Shown here: piece by piece, positions 10,434-18,413 of the stretch
Numbering within the stretch: position 1 is the first letter of the stretch
Layout: each line of letters opens with the position of its first letter
The notes under the pieces: model-generated
Databases searched by the model: none
The model's input: only the letters and a program-made list of their open reading frames with translations
Told to the model about the DNA's origin: nothing
DNA from: an uncultured Acidobacteriota bacterium
GTDB taxonomy: Bacteria > Acidobacteriota > Thermoanaerobaculia > Gp7-AA8
DNA length: 64,000 nucleotides
Reading direction: 5' to 3'
Assembly (NCBI GenBank): GCA_963822445.1
Contig: CAWGHO010000002.1
Location: 2,336,001-2,400,000, forward strand
Translations under genes and position numbers: made by a program

Positions 10434-11050
10434 GAACCCTCCACTTTCAAAACGATGGTGACCTTCGTGCCCGCGGGCGGAAGGCGTTCCGGGACGGATG
10501 CATAGACGACGCCGTCGCGGACGTAGTCCCGGATCGGATGGGCGTGATTGCCGATCGCGCCGCCGGGGCAGGAGTAGAGACAGACGATGCAGCCGGACTT
10601 GAATTCTTTCTGGTAGCGTTCGTTGCCGCCGTAGCGGAAGTCGAGCGAGGGGTTGGTGCGGCGTTTCTCCTGAATGAGGCGGCCGAGGGGCGTGCGGCGG
10701 CTGTTCCATTCGACGTAAACCTCGATGCGCGAGCCCTCGACGCGCTTGTCCGGCTCCGGGTTGCGCTTGTCGTTGCGCGCGTTCCAGGCATCGGGCGTGA
10801 GGTTCTCGCCGCGGCGCGCGCCGAGAGAATCGAGCGCGACGCGAACGTCGTGATCGCTCGCTTCGCTCACGAACAACGCCCAGCGCTGCGAGCCGCCGCC
10901 CTTCCAGACGATGGCGTGGTGGCCCTTCACGCCGAAGGGACGCTTCATGGCGTTGGGCTGGACGGTGGCGGTGAAGCGGACCTCGCGGGTCGGGCGGTCA
11001 ACGACGACCGACGGTGTGGCGAGAAGGAGTATCAAAGCTACTGCGACCAC
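10430..11050 (-). CDS. YdjY-like secreted protein
   Basis: GTG start overlapping the upstream stop, hydrophobic N-terminus, HAIVWKGG..ALF, C-terminal GCIVCLYSCP motif; family assigned from recollection. Confidence 0.6.
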   Translation of the reverse strand: MVAVALILLLATPSVVVDRPTREVRFTATVQPNAMKRPFGVKGHHAIVWKGGGSQRWALFVSEASDHDVRVALDSLGARRGENLTPDAWNARNDKRNPEPDKRVEGSRIEVYVEWNSRRTPLGRLIQEKRRTNPSLDFRYGGNERYQKEFKSGCIVCLYSCPGGAIGNHAHPIRDYVRDGVVYASVPERLPPAGTKVTIVLKVEGS

Positions 11051-12469
11051 GCGGCGACCTTTTTCCCCAGCCCGCCCAGCCAGCTCGCGGCGACATCCTG
11101 GTAGTAGAGCGACGCCGCTTTCTGCACGCCATCCGCGAGCGACGGATACGAGGAGATCCGCTGCGCGAGGTCGCCGATCTTCATGCCCTTGCGTCTCGCA
11201 AGCACGATCTCGTAGATCACCGTCGATGCGTTCGCGCACGAGCGCGTGGCCGCCGAGGATGTTTCCTTTCGCGTCGCAGACGATCTTGATCAGGCCCGCG
11301 GGTGTGCGATCGACGACGGCGCGGTCGACATCCGCCATCTCCACCTTGTACGTCCGCACCTCATCGCCATGTTTCGCCCGCGCTTCGGCTTCCGTCATGC
11401 CGACGTGGCCGACTTCCGGATCGGTGTAGAGCGCCCAGGGGATGTCGGTGTAATCGACAGCGGATTTGCCGGGGAAGAGCATGTTCCGCACGAGCTTCAC
11501 CGCCTCGTACGCGGCGACGTGCGTGAACTGCAGGCCGCCGTGTACGTCACCGCACGCCCAGACGCGCGGCACGGTGGTCTGCAGGAACTTGTCGACCACG
11601 ATCCAGGAGCGCTCGACTTTCACGCCCGCGTCCTCGAGGCCGAGGTTCTCGGTGTTGCCGCGGCGTCCGGAGGCGACGAAGACCTCGTCGACGGTGATCT
11701 CGCGGGACTGGCCGCTCTTCGTCTCGATCCGTCGCGACTTTCTTCGACCCCTCGCGCCCGCACGGACTTCACCGCCCAGCCGGTGAGGAGCTCGATGCCC
11801 TCGTCGGCGCAGGATCTGCCGCACGCGCGCGATCACGTCCGCGTCTTCCTTGTTGATGATCTCGTCGAGCATTTCCACGACGGTGACGCGCACGCCGAAC
11901 CGGGCGAAGAGCTGGGCGAACTCGATGCCGATGTAGCCGCCGCCGAGGATCAGCAGCGATTCGGGGAAGGCGTCCTGATTGAGGAAGGAGACGTGATCGA
12001 GAAAGCCCGCTTCCTTCAGGCCTTCGACCGGCGGAACGGAGGTGCGTGCGCCCGTGGCGATGACGATGTCCTTCGCGGTCAGCTTTCGTCCCGCGACCTC
12101 GACTTCGTTGCGCGAAACGAGACGGGCCGCGCCTTCGATGACGTCGATGCCCAGCTTGCGGAATTTCTCGGGATCGTCGTGCCGGCTGATGACGCGGCGC
12201 TGCTCGCGCATCGATTCCATGATCGAGCGCGGCGTGACCTTCGGCGTGACTGGCTCGAGCCCCCACGCAGCGGCGTTCCGCATCTGATGGGCGAGCTTCG
12301 CCGTCGCGACCAGGGCCTTCGTTGGAACGCAGCCGGTCCAGAGGCAGTCGCCGCCGAGGGCGTCGCGCTCGATCAGGGCGACTTTGCGTCCCAGCCGCGC
12401 GCAACCGGAGGCGGTGACCAGGCCGGCGGTGCCGCCGCCGATCACGACTACGTCGAAGGGTTCGGACAT
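11038..12469 (-). CDS. Pyridine nucleotide-disulfide oxidoreductase (dihydrolipoamide dehydrogenase/MerA-like), frameshifted at ~11730-11810 and ~11240
   Basis: GGGTAG FAD motif, GGDCLWTGCVP redox-active dithiol, GGGYIG, ACGDV; C-terminus (SYPSLADG) lies in ORF 11038..11220. Confidence 0.85.
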
Positions 12470-12484
12470 CGGACGAAGTCTAGC

Positions 12485-12586
12485 GGAACGCCGCCGTCGC
12501 GGCGGCTGTTGCGCCGACGTCCCGCGCCGGCACCATGGAGAGCCGGCGGGACGCCGGCGGACCAGCCGGCGAGACGCCAGCGCTCC
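12485..12586. repeat. REP-like GC-rich palindromic element
   Basis: ggaacgccgccgtcgcggcggctg ... gccggcgggacgccggc ... cagccggcgagacgccagcgctcc; related hairpin at 26139-26167. Confidence 0.6.
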
Positions 12587-12592
12587 ACTTGA

Positions 12593-12662
12593 AGAGTCGC
12601 AGAGTCTCAAAGTCGCAAAGTCTCAAAGAGAAAACCTCTGAGACTCTGAGACTTTGCGACTT
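12593..12662. repeat. Inverted array of 8-mer repeats (AGTCKCAR)n ... (TGMGACTY)n
   Basis: agagtcgc agagtctc aaagtcgc aaagtctc / tgagactc tgagactt tgcgactt. Confidence 0.8.
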
Positions 12663-13054
12663 CATGGCACGTACACCGTAACTTGTCGCTCGCGGGGCCC
12701 ATCGAGCTCGACAAAGTAAACCCCCTGCCACGTGCCGAGGATGAGGTTGCCGCGCTTGTAAGGCCAGGTCAGCGACGACCCGATCAGCATCGACAGAAAG
12801 TGTGCGTCCGAGTTGCCCTCGCCATGCCGGAAATTCACGGAAGGGACGGCCGCGCGGAGGGCATTGACCAGGTCGCGGGGGACGTCGGGATCGGCGTTCT
12901 CGTTCACCGAGATCGCGCAGGTGGTGTGCGGGACGACGATCGTGCAGACCCCGTCGCCGGAGGTGAGGGTGGCCAGGGCCTCATCGACCAGCCTGGTGAT
13001 GACGATGATCTGCTCCCGCTCGCTGGTGCGGACGCGGAACGTCGTCTCCTTCAT
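12662..13054 (-). CDS. yjbQ: YjbQ/UPF0047 family protein
   Basis: VPHTTCAISVNENADPDV, HGEGNSDAH, LGTWQGVYFVELDGPRER. Confidence 0.9.
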   Translation of the reverse strand: MKETTFRVRTSEREQIIVITRLVDEALATLTSGDGVCTIVVPHTTCAISVNENADPDVPRDLVNALRAAVPSVNFRHGEGNSDAHFLSMLIGSSLTWPYKRGNLILGTWQGVYFVELDGPRERQVTVYVP

Positions 13055-13110
13055 CTTCTGGATCATATAATTGCGCGCACAGCAGTCATTTATTTGGTCA
13101 AGTAACCCCA

Positions 13111-14673
13111 ATGGCATTCTTCTGCATCCACTGCAAGTCGGAGATCGACCCAAAGTTCAAGGCCTGTCCGTTTTGCGGCGAGGCGATCACCGATTTCCTG
13201 AGGCGCCACCTCGAAGCCCCCATCGACGGCAAGTACCAGATCCTCTCCCGCCTCGGCGTCGGCGGCATGGGCGAGGTCTACAAAGTCCTGCACGTGCACC
13301 TCAACTCGATCCGGGTGATCAAGTTGATGCGCTCGCAGATCGCGGGCGACACCGGCGCGAACGAACGCTTCCTCCGCGAGGCCCGCCTGGCCACGCGCAT
13401 CAATCACCCCAGCGTGGCGACGCTCTTCGACTTCTCCACGCTCGAAGACGGCTCGCACTACATGGTCTGGGAGTACATCGAGGGCATCAACCTCCACGAG
13501 CTGATCGATCAGCGCGGGCCGCTCTCGCCGAAGTACGCTGCGCAGCTCGCGGCCCAGGCCCTTCACGGACTCGACGCCATTCACCGCGCGGGCATCGTCC
13601 ACCGCGACATCAGCCCCGAGAACCTCATGATCACCCGCGACGCGGAAGGGGAAGAGCGCGTCAAAGTCATCGACCTCGGCATCGCCAAGCAGTGGGATAC
13701 CGAGGACAACAAGACCAAGACCGGGATGTTCGTGGGCAAGTGGAAGTACTGCTCGCCCGAACATCTGGGCATGCTCGCCGCGGGCGAGCGCATCGACGGC
13801 CGCGCCGATCTCTACTCCTTCGGCATCGTGCTGTACGAGATGCTCACCGGCGTGCCGCCGTTCCAGGCCGATACGCCGCACGCCTATCTGCTGATGCATT
13901 CGAACGAGCGGCCGAAGGCGCTGCGCGCAGTGAATCCGAGCGTGACCGCGCCGCCGGAGCTCGAGGCGGTGATCCTCCGTGCGCTGGAGAAAGACCGCAG
14001 CAAGCGATTCGCGACCGCGCGGGAGTTCGCGCAGGCCATCGAGCGGCTGATGCCGACGCTTTCCGAAGATGCCGGCGCGCCGCCGCCGCTGCCGCTCGAG
14101 GCAGAGGTCACGAACGAAGCGACGCGCGTCATTCCGCGGCCGGGCGATGCGGCGACGATCGTCTCCACCGCGCACGACGCCGTGACGATCGCGACGACCG
14201 TCCCACGGGAAGAGTCGCCGGTCGCCGCGGAACCGGAACCGAAGAAGCGCCGGCCCACGCTCGCCATCGCGGCGCTGCTGTTGATCGTTTTCGCGATCGC
14301 GGTTTGGGTGGTGACGCGACCGAAGCCCGAACCGGCGCCGGTTGCGGCGGCGGTACCGGCTGCACCGAAGATCGACACGACTGCCGTTCCCGTCGCCGCG
14401 GCACACCTCGGCATCAACGCATTTCCCTGGGCCAAGGTGACGAGCATCCGCAATCTCGACAACGGCCAGGACGTCGAGCTGCAGAAGGACCTTCTGACGC
14501 CGACCCCGATCGACCTCGCGCCGGGTCGTTATGAGATCACGCTGTCGAATCCGAATTACGACGAGCCGTTGAAGCGCACCGTCGCTGTCGAAGCGGGCCG
14601 CGACGAGATGCTGCACGTTTACTTCACCGAGCCGAATCGCGCCACGGTTCCCGATTTCGGAGGAGCGGAGTGA
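13111..14673 (+). CDS. Membrane Ser/Thr protein kinase with N-terminal zinc ribbon and C-terminal PEGA-like domain
   Basis: CxxC..CPFCG; GVGGMGEVY, HRDISPEN, DLG, SPE; one TM helix; LAPGRYEITL. Confidence 0.9.
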   Translation: MAFFCIHCKSEIDPKFKACPFCGEAITDFLRRHLEAPIDGKYQILSRLGVGGMGEVYKVLHVHLNSIRVIKLMRSQIAGDTGANERFLREARLATRINHPSVATLFDFSTLEDGSHYMVWEYIEGINLHELIDQRGPLSPKYAAQLAAQALHGLDAIHRAGIVHRDISPENLMITRDAEGEERVKVIDLGIAKQWDTEDNKTKTGMFVGKWKYCSPEHLGMLAAGERIDGRADLYSFGIVLYEMLTGVPPFQADTPHAYLLMHSNERPKALRAVNPSVTAPPELEAVILRALEKDRSKRFATAREFAQAIERLMPTLSEDAGAPPPLPLEAEVTNEATRVIPRPGDAATIVSTAHDAVTIATTVPREESPVAAEPEPKKRRPTLAIAALLLIVFAIAVWVVTRPKPEPAPVAAAVPAAPKIDTTAVPVAAAHLGINAFPWAKVTSIRNLDNGQDVELQKDLLTPTPIDLAPGRYEITLSNPNYDEPLKRTVAVEAGRDEMLHVYFTEPNRATVPDFGGAE

Positions 14674-15983
14674 AACGCGCGCTCTTCCTCCTCGCCTTCG
14701 CCGTCACGACCTTCGCGGCGCCACCTGAAAAATGGTGGGCGAACTATCAAAAAGGCGTGGCCGCGGTGAACGGGCGAAACTACAAAGCGGGCGCGGACGC
14801 GCTGGCGGCGGCAATTGCCGAGCGTCCCACCGAGGGCACATCGATCCGCGTCGGCAATCAGATCGTCACCTACACCCCCCACTTCTTCCTCGGCATCGCC
14901 AAATTCAACCTCGGCGAAGTCGACGCCGCGCTGCGCGAGTGGCGGATCTCCGAGGAGCAGGGGGCGATCACGCGGACCGAGTACTACTCGAACCTGAAGG
15001 ATTGGGTCGCGCGCGCGCAGACCGAGAAGCAGCGGAACGCGCAGAGCGCGGCGTCCGGTCCGAAGAAGTCGGCCGATGCGGCGATCAGCCGGGCCGTAGC
15101 ATTGCAGCTCGACGCGTTGTCGGCAGGCGGCGACCGCACCGAGAGTTACCGTAATGCCGTCCGCAAACTGCAGGAAGCGGTGGGCGAGTTTCACAAAGCG
15201 GGAACGGACATCGCCGCATACAAGTCCGCCGAGAACAGCGCGACACAGGCGATCAATCTCTTCAGCGCCGCCGCTGATGAAGCGAAGAAGCTGAAGGCCA
15301 CGCAGGCCGCGCGTCCCGCGCCGGTGAAACCGCAGCCGCAGCCCGTGCAGCAGAAACCGGCCGCGCCGATCGTGCAGACGCCGCCGCCGCTGCCGGTGAA
15401 AAGCGAGGCGCAAGCCGCCGCGGAAATCGCCGTGCAGGCCCTCAGCCGCGATGCGAAAGGGGAGGACGCGAAGGAAGCGGAGTCGCTCCGCAACCAACTC
15501 GCCGCCGCGAAAACTGACGCCGAGTTTCAGCGCATCATCAAGACGGCGAACGATCGCTCCGCAGAAATTGCGAGGAAGATCGCCGAAGCCAACGCTCCAA
15601 AGCCCAAGGCCAGCAACCCAGCAACCCAGGAACCCAGCAACCCCATCCCCGCAACCCCGGAACCCCGCAACCCCGTAACCCAACGGAATTTCGATTCCGA
15701 TCTCCGCAAGGCTTATCGCGCCTTCGCCTCCGGCGATCTCGCCACCGCGGAGCAGGTCCTGACGCGCGTGCTCGGTGAAGGTGCCGGCCCCGAGGCGTAT
15801 GTCCTTCGCGGCTGTGCGCGCTACACGCGGGCCATGCTCTCGCGCACGCCCGACGTGCTGCTCACCGGCGCGCTGGCGGATTTCAAATCGGCGCTCGCCC
15901 AAAACCGCGGCTTGAAGCTCGATCCGCAGGCGTTCTCCCCGAAGCTCGTCGCCTATTTCGAGCAGGTGCGGAACGGCCGGTGA
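14670..15983 (+). CDS. Secreted helical/TPR-like protein
   Basis: Signal peptide, TPR-like N- and C-terminal segments, Pro/Gln linkers; GTGA overlap with the kinase. Confidence 0.7.
   Translation: MKRALFLLAFAVTTFAAPPEKWWANYQKGVAAVNGRNYKAGADALAAAIAERPTEGTSIRVGNQIVTYTPHFFLGIAKFNLGEVDAALREWRISEEQGAITRTEYYSNLKDWVARAQTEKQRNAQSAASGPKKSADAAISRAVALQLDALSAGGDRTESYRNAVRKLQEAVGEFHKAGTDIAAYKSAENSATQAINLFSAAADEAKKLKATQAARPAPVKPQPQPVQQKPAAPIVQTPPPLPVKSEAQAAAEIAVQALSRDAKGEDAKEAESLRNQLAAAKTDAEFQRIIKTANDRSAEIARKIAEANAPKPKASNPATQEPSNPIPATPEPRNPVTQRNFDSDLRKAYRAFASGDLATAEQVLTRVLGEGAGPEAYVLRGCARYTRAMLSRTPDVLLTGALADFKSALAQNRGLKLDPQAFSPKLVAYFEQVRNGR
15610..15682 (+). repeat. One arm of the 8-mer array (AACCCMGH)n inside a coding linker
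   Basis: gcaaccca gcaaccca ggaaccca gcaacccc ... gcaacccc ggaacccc gcaacccc gtaaccc. Confidence 0.75.
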
Positions 15984-16909
15984 CGCCGGACCGGATCCGT
16001 GACGCGGCGGCGCGTCTGGCAAAGTACGCGCGGCCGACGCCGCTGGTGCGCTCGCTGCTGTTGTCCCGCGAGCTCGCCTGCAATCTGTGGGTGAAGAACG
16101 AGACCGTCTCGCCGATCGCATCGTTCAAGTGGCGCGGCGCGCTCACCGCCATCGACGGCTCGAGCGACGTCGTCACCTCCTCGACCGGCAATCATGGACA
16201 GGGCGTGGCCTGGGCCGCGAGCGTCATGGGCGTGCGCGCGCATGTCTTCCTGCCTCGCGGCGCCAATCCGATCAAGCGCGCGAAGATCGAGCTCCTCGGC
16301 GCAACCCTTCACGACATCGGCAACGACCTCGACGAGGCGAAGGACGCCGCGATCGCGTTCGCCGCCGCGGAGAAGCTGCCGATGATCGATGACGGCGAGA
16401 GCGAGGAGGTGATCACCGGCGCGGGAACGGTCGGGCTGGAGATCGCGAATGAGCTCAGTCCCGACGTGATCTTCGTGCCGATGGGCAGCGGGTCCCTCGC
16501 CAGCGGCGTGGCCATCGCCGCGCCGAACGCGCGGGTCGTCGCCGTGCAGTCGAAGGGAGCGCCGGCGATGGTGGAGAGCTTTCACGCGCGGCGTGCGATC
16601 GAGCGGCCCATCGACACGATCGCCGATGGCCTGGTCAGCCGCGTGCCGGCGAAGCTCGCCCTCGATGCGCTGCTCGAGCACGTCGACGACGCAATGTCCC
16701 TTTCCGACGAAGAACTGCTCGCCGCGGCGCGCAAGATGATTCTCGGCGCGCACATCCTCGTCGAACCGTCAGGAGCGGCCGGTCTGGCCGCGGCGATGTT
16801 GCGACGTGACGAGATTCGCGAGAAGACGGTCGTGGTGATTGCAACGGGAGCAAACGTGACCGCGGAGGTGTTCGCGCGACTTCACTTGCTGGACGGGCGG
16901 GGGCCGTAA
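15980..16909 (+). CDS. PLP-dependent threonine/serine dehydratase family protein
   Basis: KNE..SFKWRGA, SSTGNHGQG, PMGSGSL, VEPSGAAG, TGANV; no regulatory domain. Confidence 0.88.
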   Translation: MTPDRIRDAAARLAKYARPTPLVRSLLLSRELACNLWVKNETVSPIASFKWRGALTAIDGSSDVVTSSTGNHGQGVAWAASVMGVRAHVFLPRGANPIKRAKIELLGATLHDIGNDLDEAKDAAIAFAAAEKLPMIDDGESEEVITGAGTVGLEIANELSPDVIFVPMGSGSLASGVAIAAPNARVVAVQSKGAPAMVESFHARRAIERPIDTIADGLVSRVPAKLALDALLEHVDDAMSLSDEELLAAARKMILGAHILVEPSGAAGLAAAMLRRDEIREKTVVVIATGANVTAEVFARLHLLDGRGP

Positions 16910-17274
16910 AGGCTGCCGCGGTCCAGCAGGTCGTAGTTCGCCTTCCACATGAAGATCCTGCCGGCCGCCCTGAAGCCGGCCTCTTCATCGACCAGCTCGT
17001 AAATCGTGCCTCTTCCGGTTTCATCGTCGCGGTAGGTCACTGTCAATCGCTGGTTCGGCCAGACGACGGGGCCGGAAATGCGGTCGCAGTCGGCAAGCGA
17101 GAGCACGACGTTGTTCTTGCCCATCGCGTCGCCGACGAGGACCTCGAAGAGGCTGTGGCTGACCGTGAAAAGCCACCATCGGCAGCCGTTCGATGCGTGC
17201 TCTGCAAGCGCCTCGTTGGCAGTGCGCACCGAGGCGGCGAGTCTGGCTTCGATTTCGGGATCGCGCATCACCAT
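16882..17274 (-). CDS. Hypothetical protein
   Basis: Protein-like composition in the C-terminal 130 aa of ORF 16882..17709; TATCAT 7 nt upstream of the ATG. Confidence 0.6.
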   Translation of the reverse strand: MVMRDPEIEARLAASVRTANEALAEHASNGCRWWLFTVSHSLFEVLVGDAMGKNNVVLSLADCDRISGPVVWPNQRLTVTYRDDETGRGTIYELVDEEAGFRAAGRIFMWKANYDLLDRGSLYGPRPSSK

Positions 17275-17295
17275 GGGCTCGATGATAATCGCCGG

Positions 17296-17844
17296 GTGCC
17301 GCAATCCACGGTTCTTCTCCTTGGCGATCCTCGCCTTCGCGTTCGCTCGACGGAGGTCGATGCGCACGACGCTGATGCGTTCGACTCGCTCGCGGCGACA
17401 CTCGATGCCTTTCGCCGCGAACATGGCTTCGGCCGGGCGATCTCCGCGCCGCAGATCGGGATCGCCCGCCGCTTCATCGCCGTGAATCTCGGGGAAAACA
17501 CGTTCTTCGTGGTCAACCCGGTCATCTCCTGGCGCAGCGACGAGACCTTCACGATGTGGGACGACTGCATGAGCTTCCCCGACCTGCTCGTGCGCGTCGA
17601 GCGGACGAAGTCGCTCTCCCTCGAATACGTCGACGAGCATGGCAAGCCGAAGACGTGGAACGAGCTCGATCAGGCCGCGGCGGAATTGCTGCAGCACGAG
17701 ATCGATCACCTCGATGGGATTCTCGCCGTCGATCGCGCGCTCGATCGCGAGGCGCTGGTGATCAAGAGCGTGTACGAGCGCGATCGCGAGCGATTTGACG
17801 CGATGGTCGACTACACCATTGCGCCGCTAAACCAGCCTCGCTGA
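17296..17844 (+). CDS. def: Peptide deformylase-like protein with variant motifs
   Basis: LLGDPRLR, GRAISAPQIG, WDDCMS, QHEIDHLDG. Confidence 0.8.
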   Translation: MPQSTVLLLGDPRLRVRSTEVDAHDADAFDSLAATLDAFRREHGFGRAISAPQIGIARRFIAVNLGENTFFVVNPVISWRSDETFTMWDDCMSFPDLLVRVERTKSLSLEYVDEHGKPKTWNELDQAAAELLQHEIDHLDGILAVDRALDREALVIKSVYERDRERFDAMVDYTIAPLNQPR

Positions 17845-18413
17845 CGCTCGTCCGCGAGCCGCCCTTCCAGGTAAGTCCAGAGCGCGGGGCATCCGCCTTC
17901 GATCTCCGGCCGGCACCGGCGCACGACTTGGTCGTGAGTGATTCCGTGCTCGCGCCAGCTCTGGCCGTTGTTCGCCAGGTTCAGCAGCACCGGCATCGCT
18001 CGATCGACCGAATGCGCGAAACGCGACTCGAGCGTCTGCTCCTCTTCGAATTCCAGCCACAGCGACATCAGGTGGTCGCGTTGCGCGTCGGGGAGCATCC
18101 CGAAGATTCGCGTCACCGCCGCGCGCTCGCCCGCTTTGCGCTCCGCCAGACCTTCGGCGACGAAAGCGCTGGTGTCGCCGGTGTCGATCTCGCCGACGTC
18201 GTGAACGAGGAGCATGCTGATGACGCGGTTGATGTCGATCGTTGCGTCCGCGAACGGCGCGAGGGACGTCGCCAGCAGCGCGAGCTGCCAACTGTGCTCG
18301 GCTGGGTTTTCGAAGCGGTCCACGCCGCGCACGCGGATCTTGCGCGTGATGGTCTTGAGTTTGTCGAGCTCGAGGATGAAGTCGGCGATTTGCTGCATCA
18401 GCGGTTTTTCCAT
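17811..18413 (-). CDS. HD-domain hydrolase (YfbR/HDDC2-like)
   Basis: ELDKLK..ENPAEHSW..LVHDVGEIDTGD..WLEFE..DR. Confidence 0.88.
   Translation of the reverse strand: MEKPLMQQIADFILELDKLKTITRKIRVRGVDRFENPAEHSWQLALLATSLAPFADATIDINRVISMLLVHDVGEIDTGDTSAFVAEGLAERKAGERAAVTRIFGMLPDAQRDHLMSLWLEFEEEQTLESRFAHSVDRAMPVLLNLANNGQSWREHGITHDQVVRRCRPEIEGGCPALWTYLEGRLADERQRGWFSGAMV

Noticed and set aside
11038-12469. Mercuric reductase (merA)
   Set aside because: No C-terminal Cys-Cys pair, no N-terminal HMA domain and no mer genes nearby
10430-12610. 726-aa reductase-YdjY fusion in the ORF track
   Set aside because: Artefact of a frameshift at ~11240. The reductase C-terminus is in ORF 11038..11220 and the downstream gene has its own hydrophobic N-terminus.
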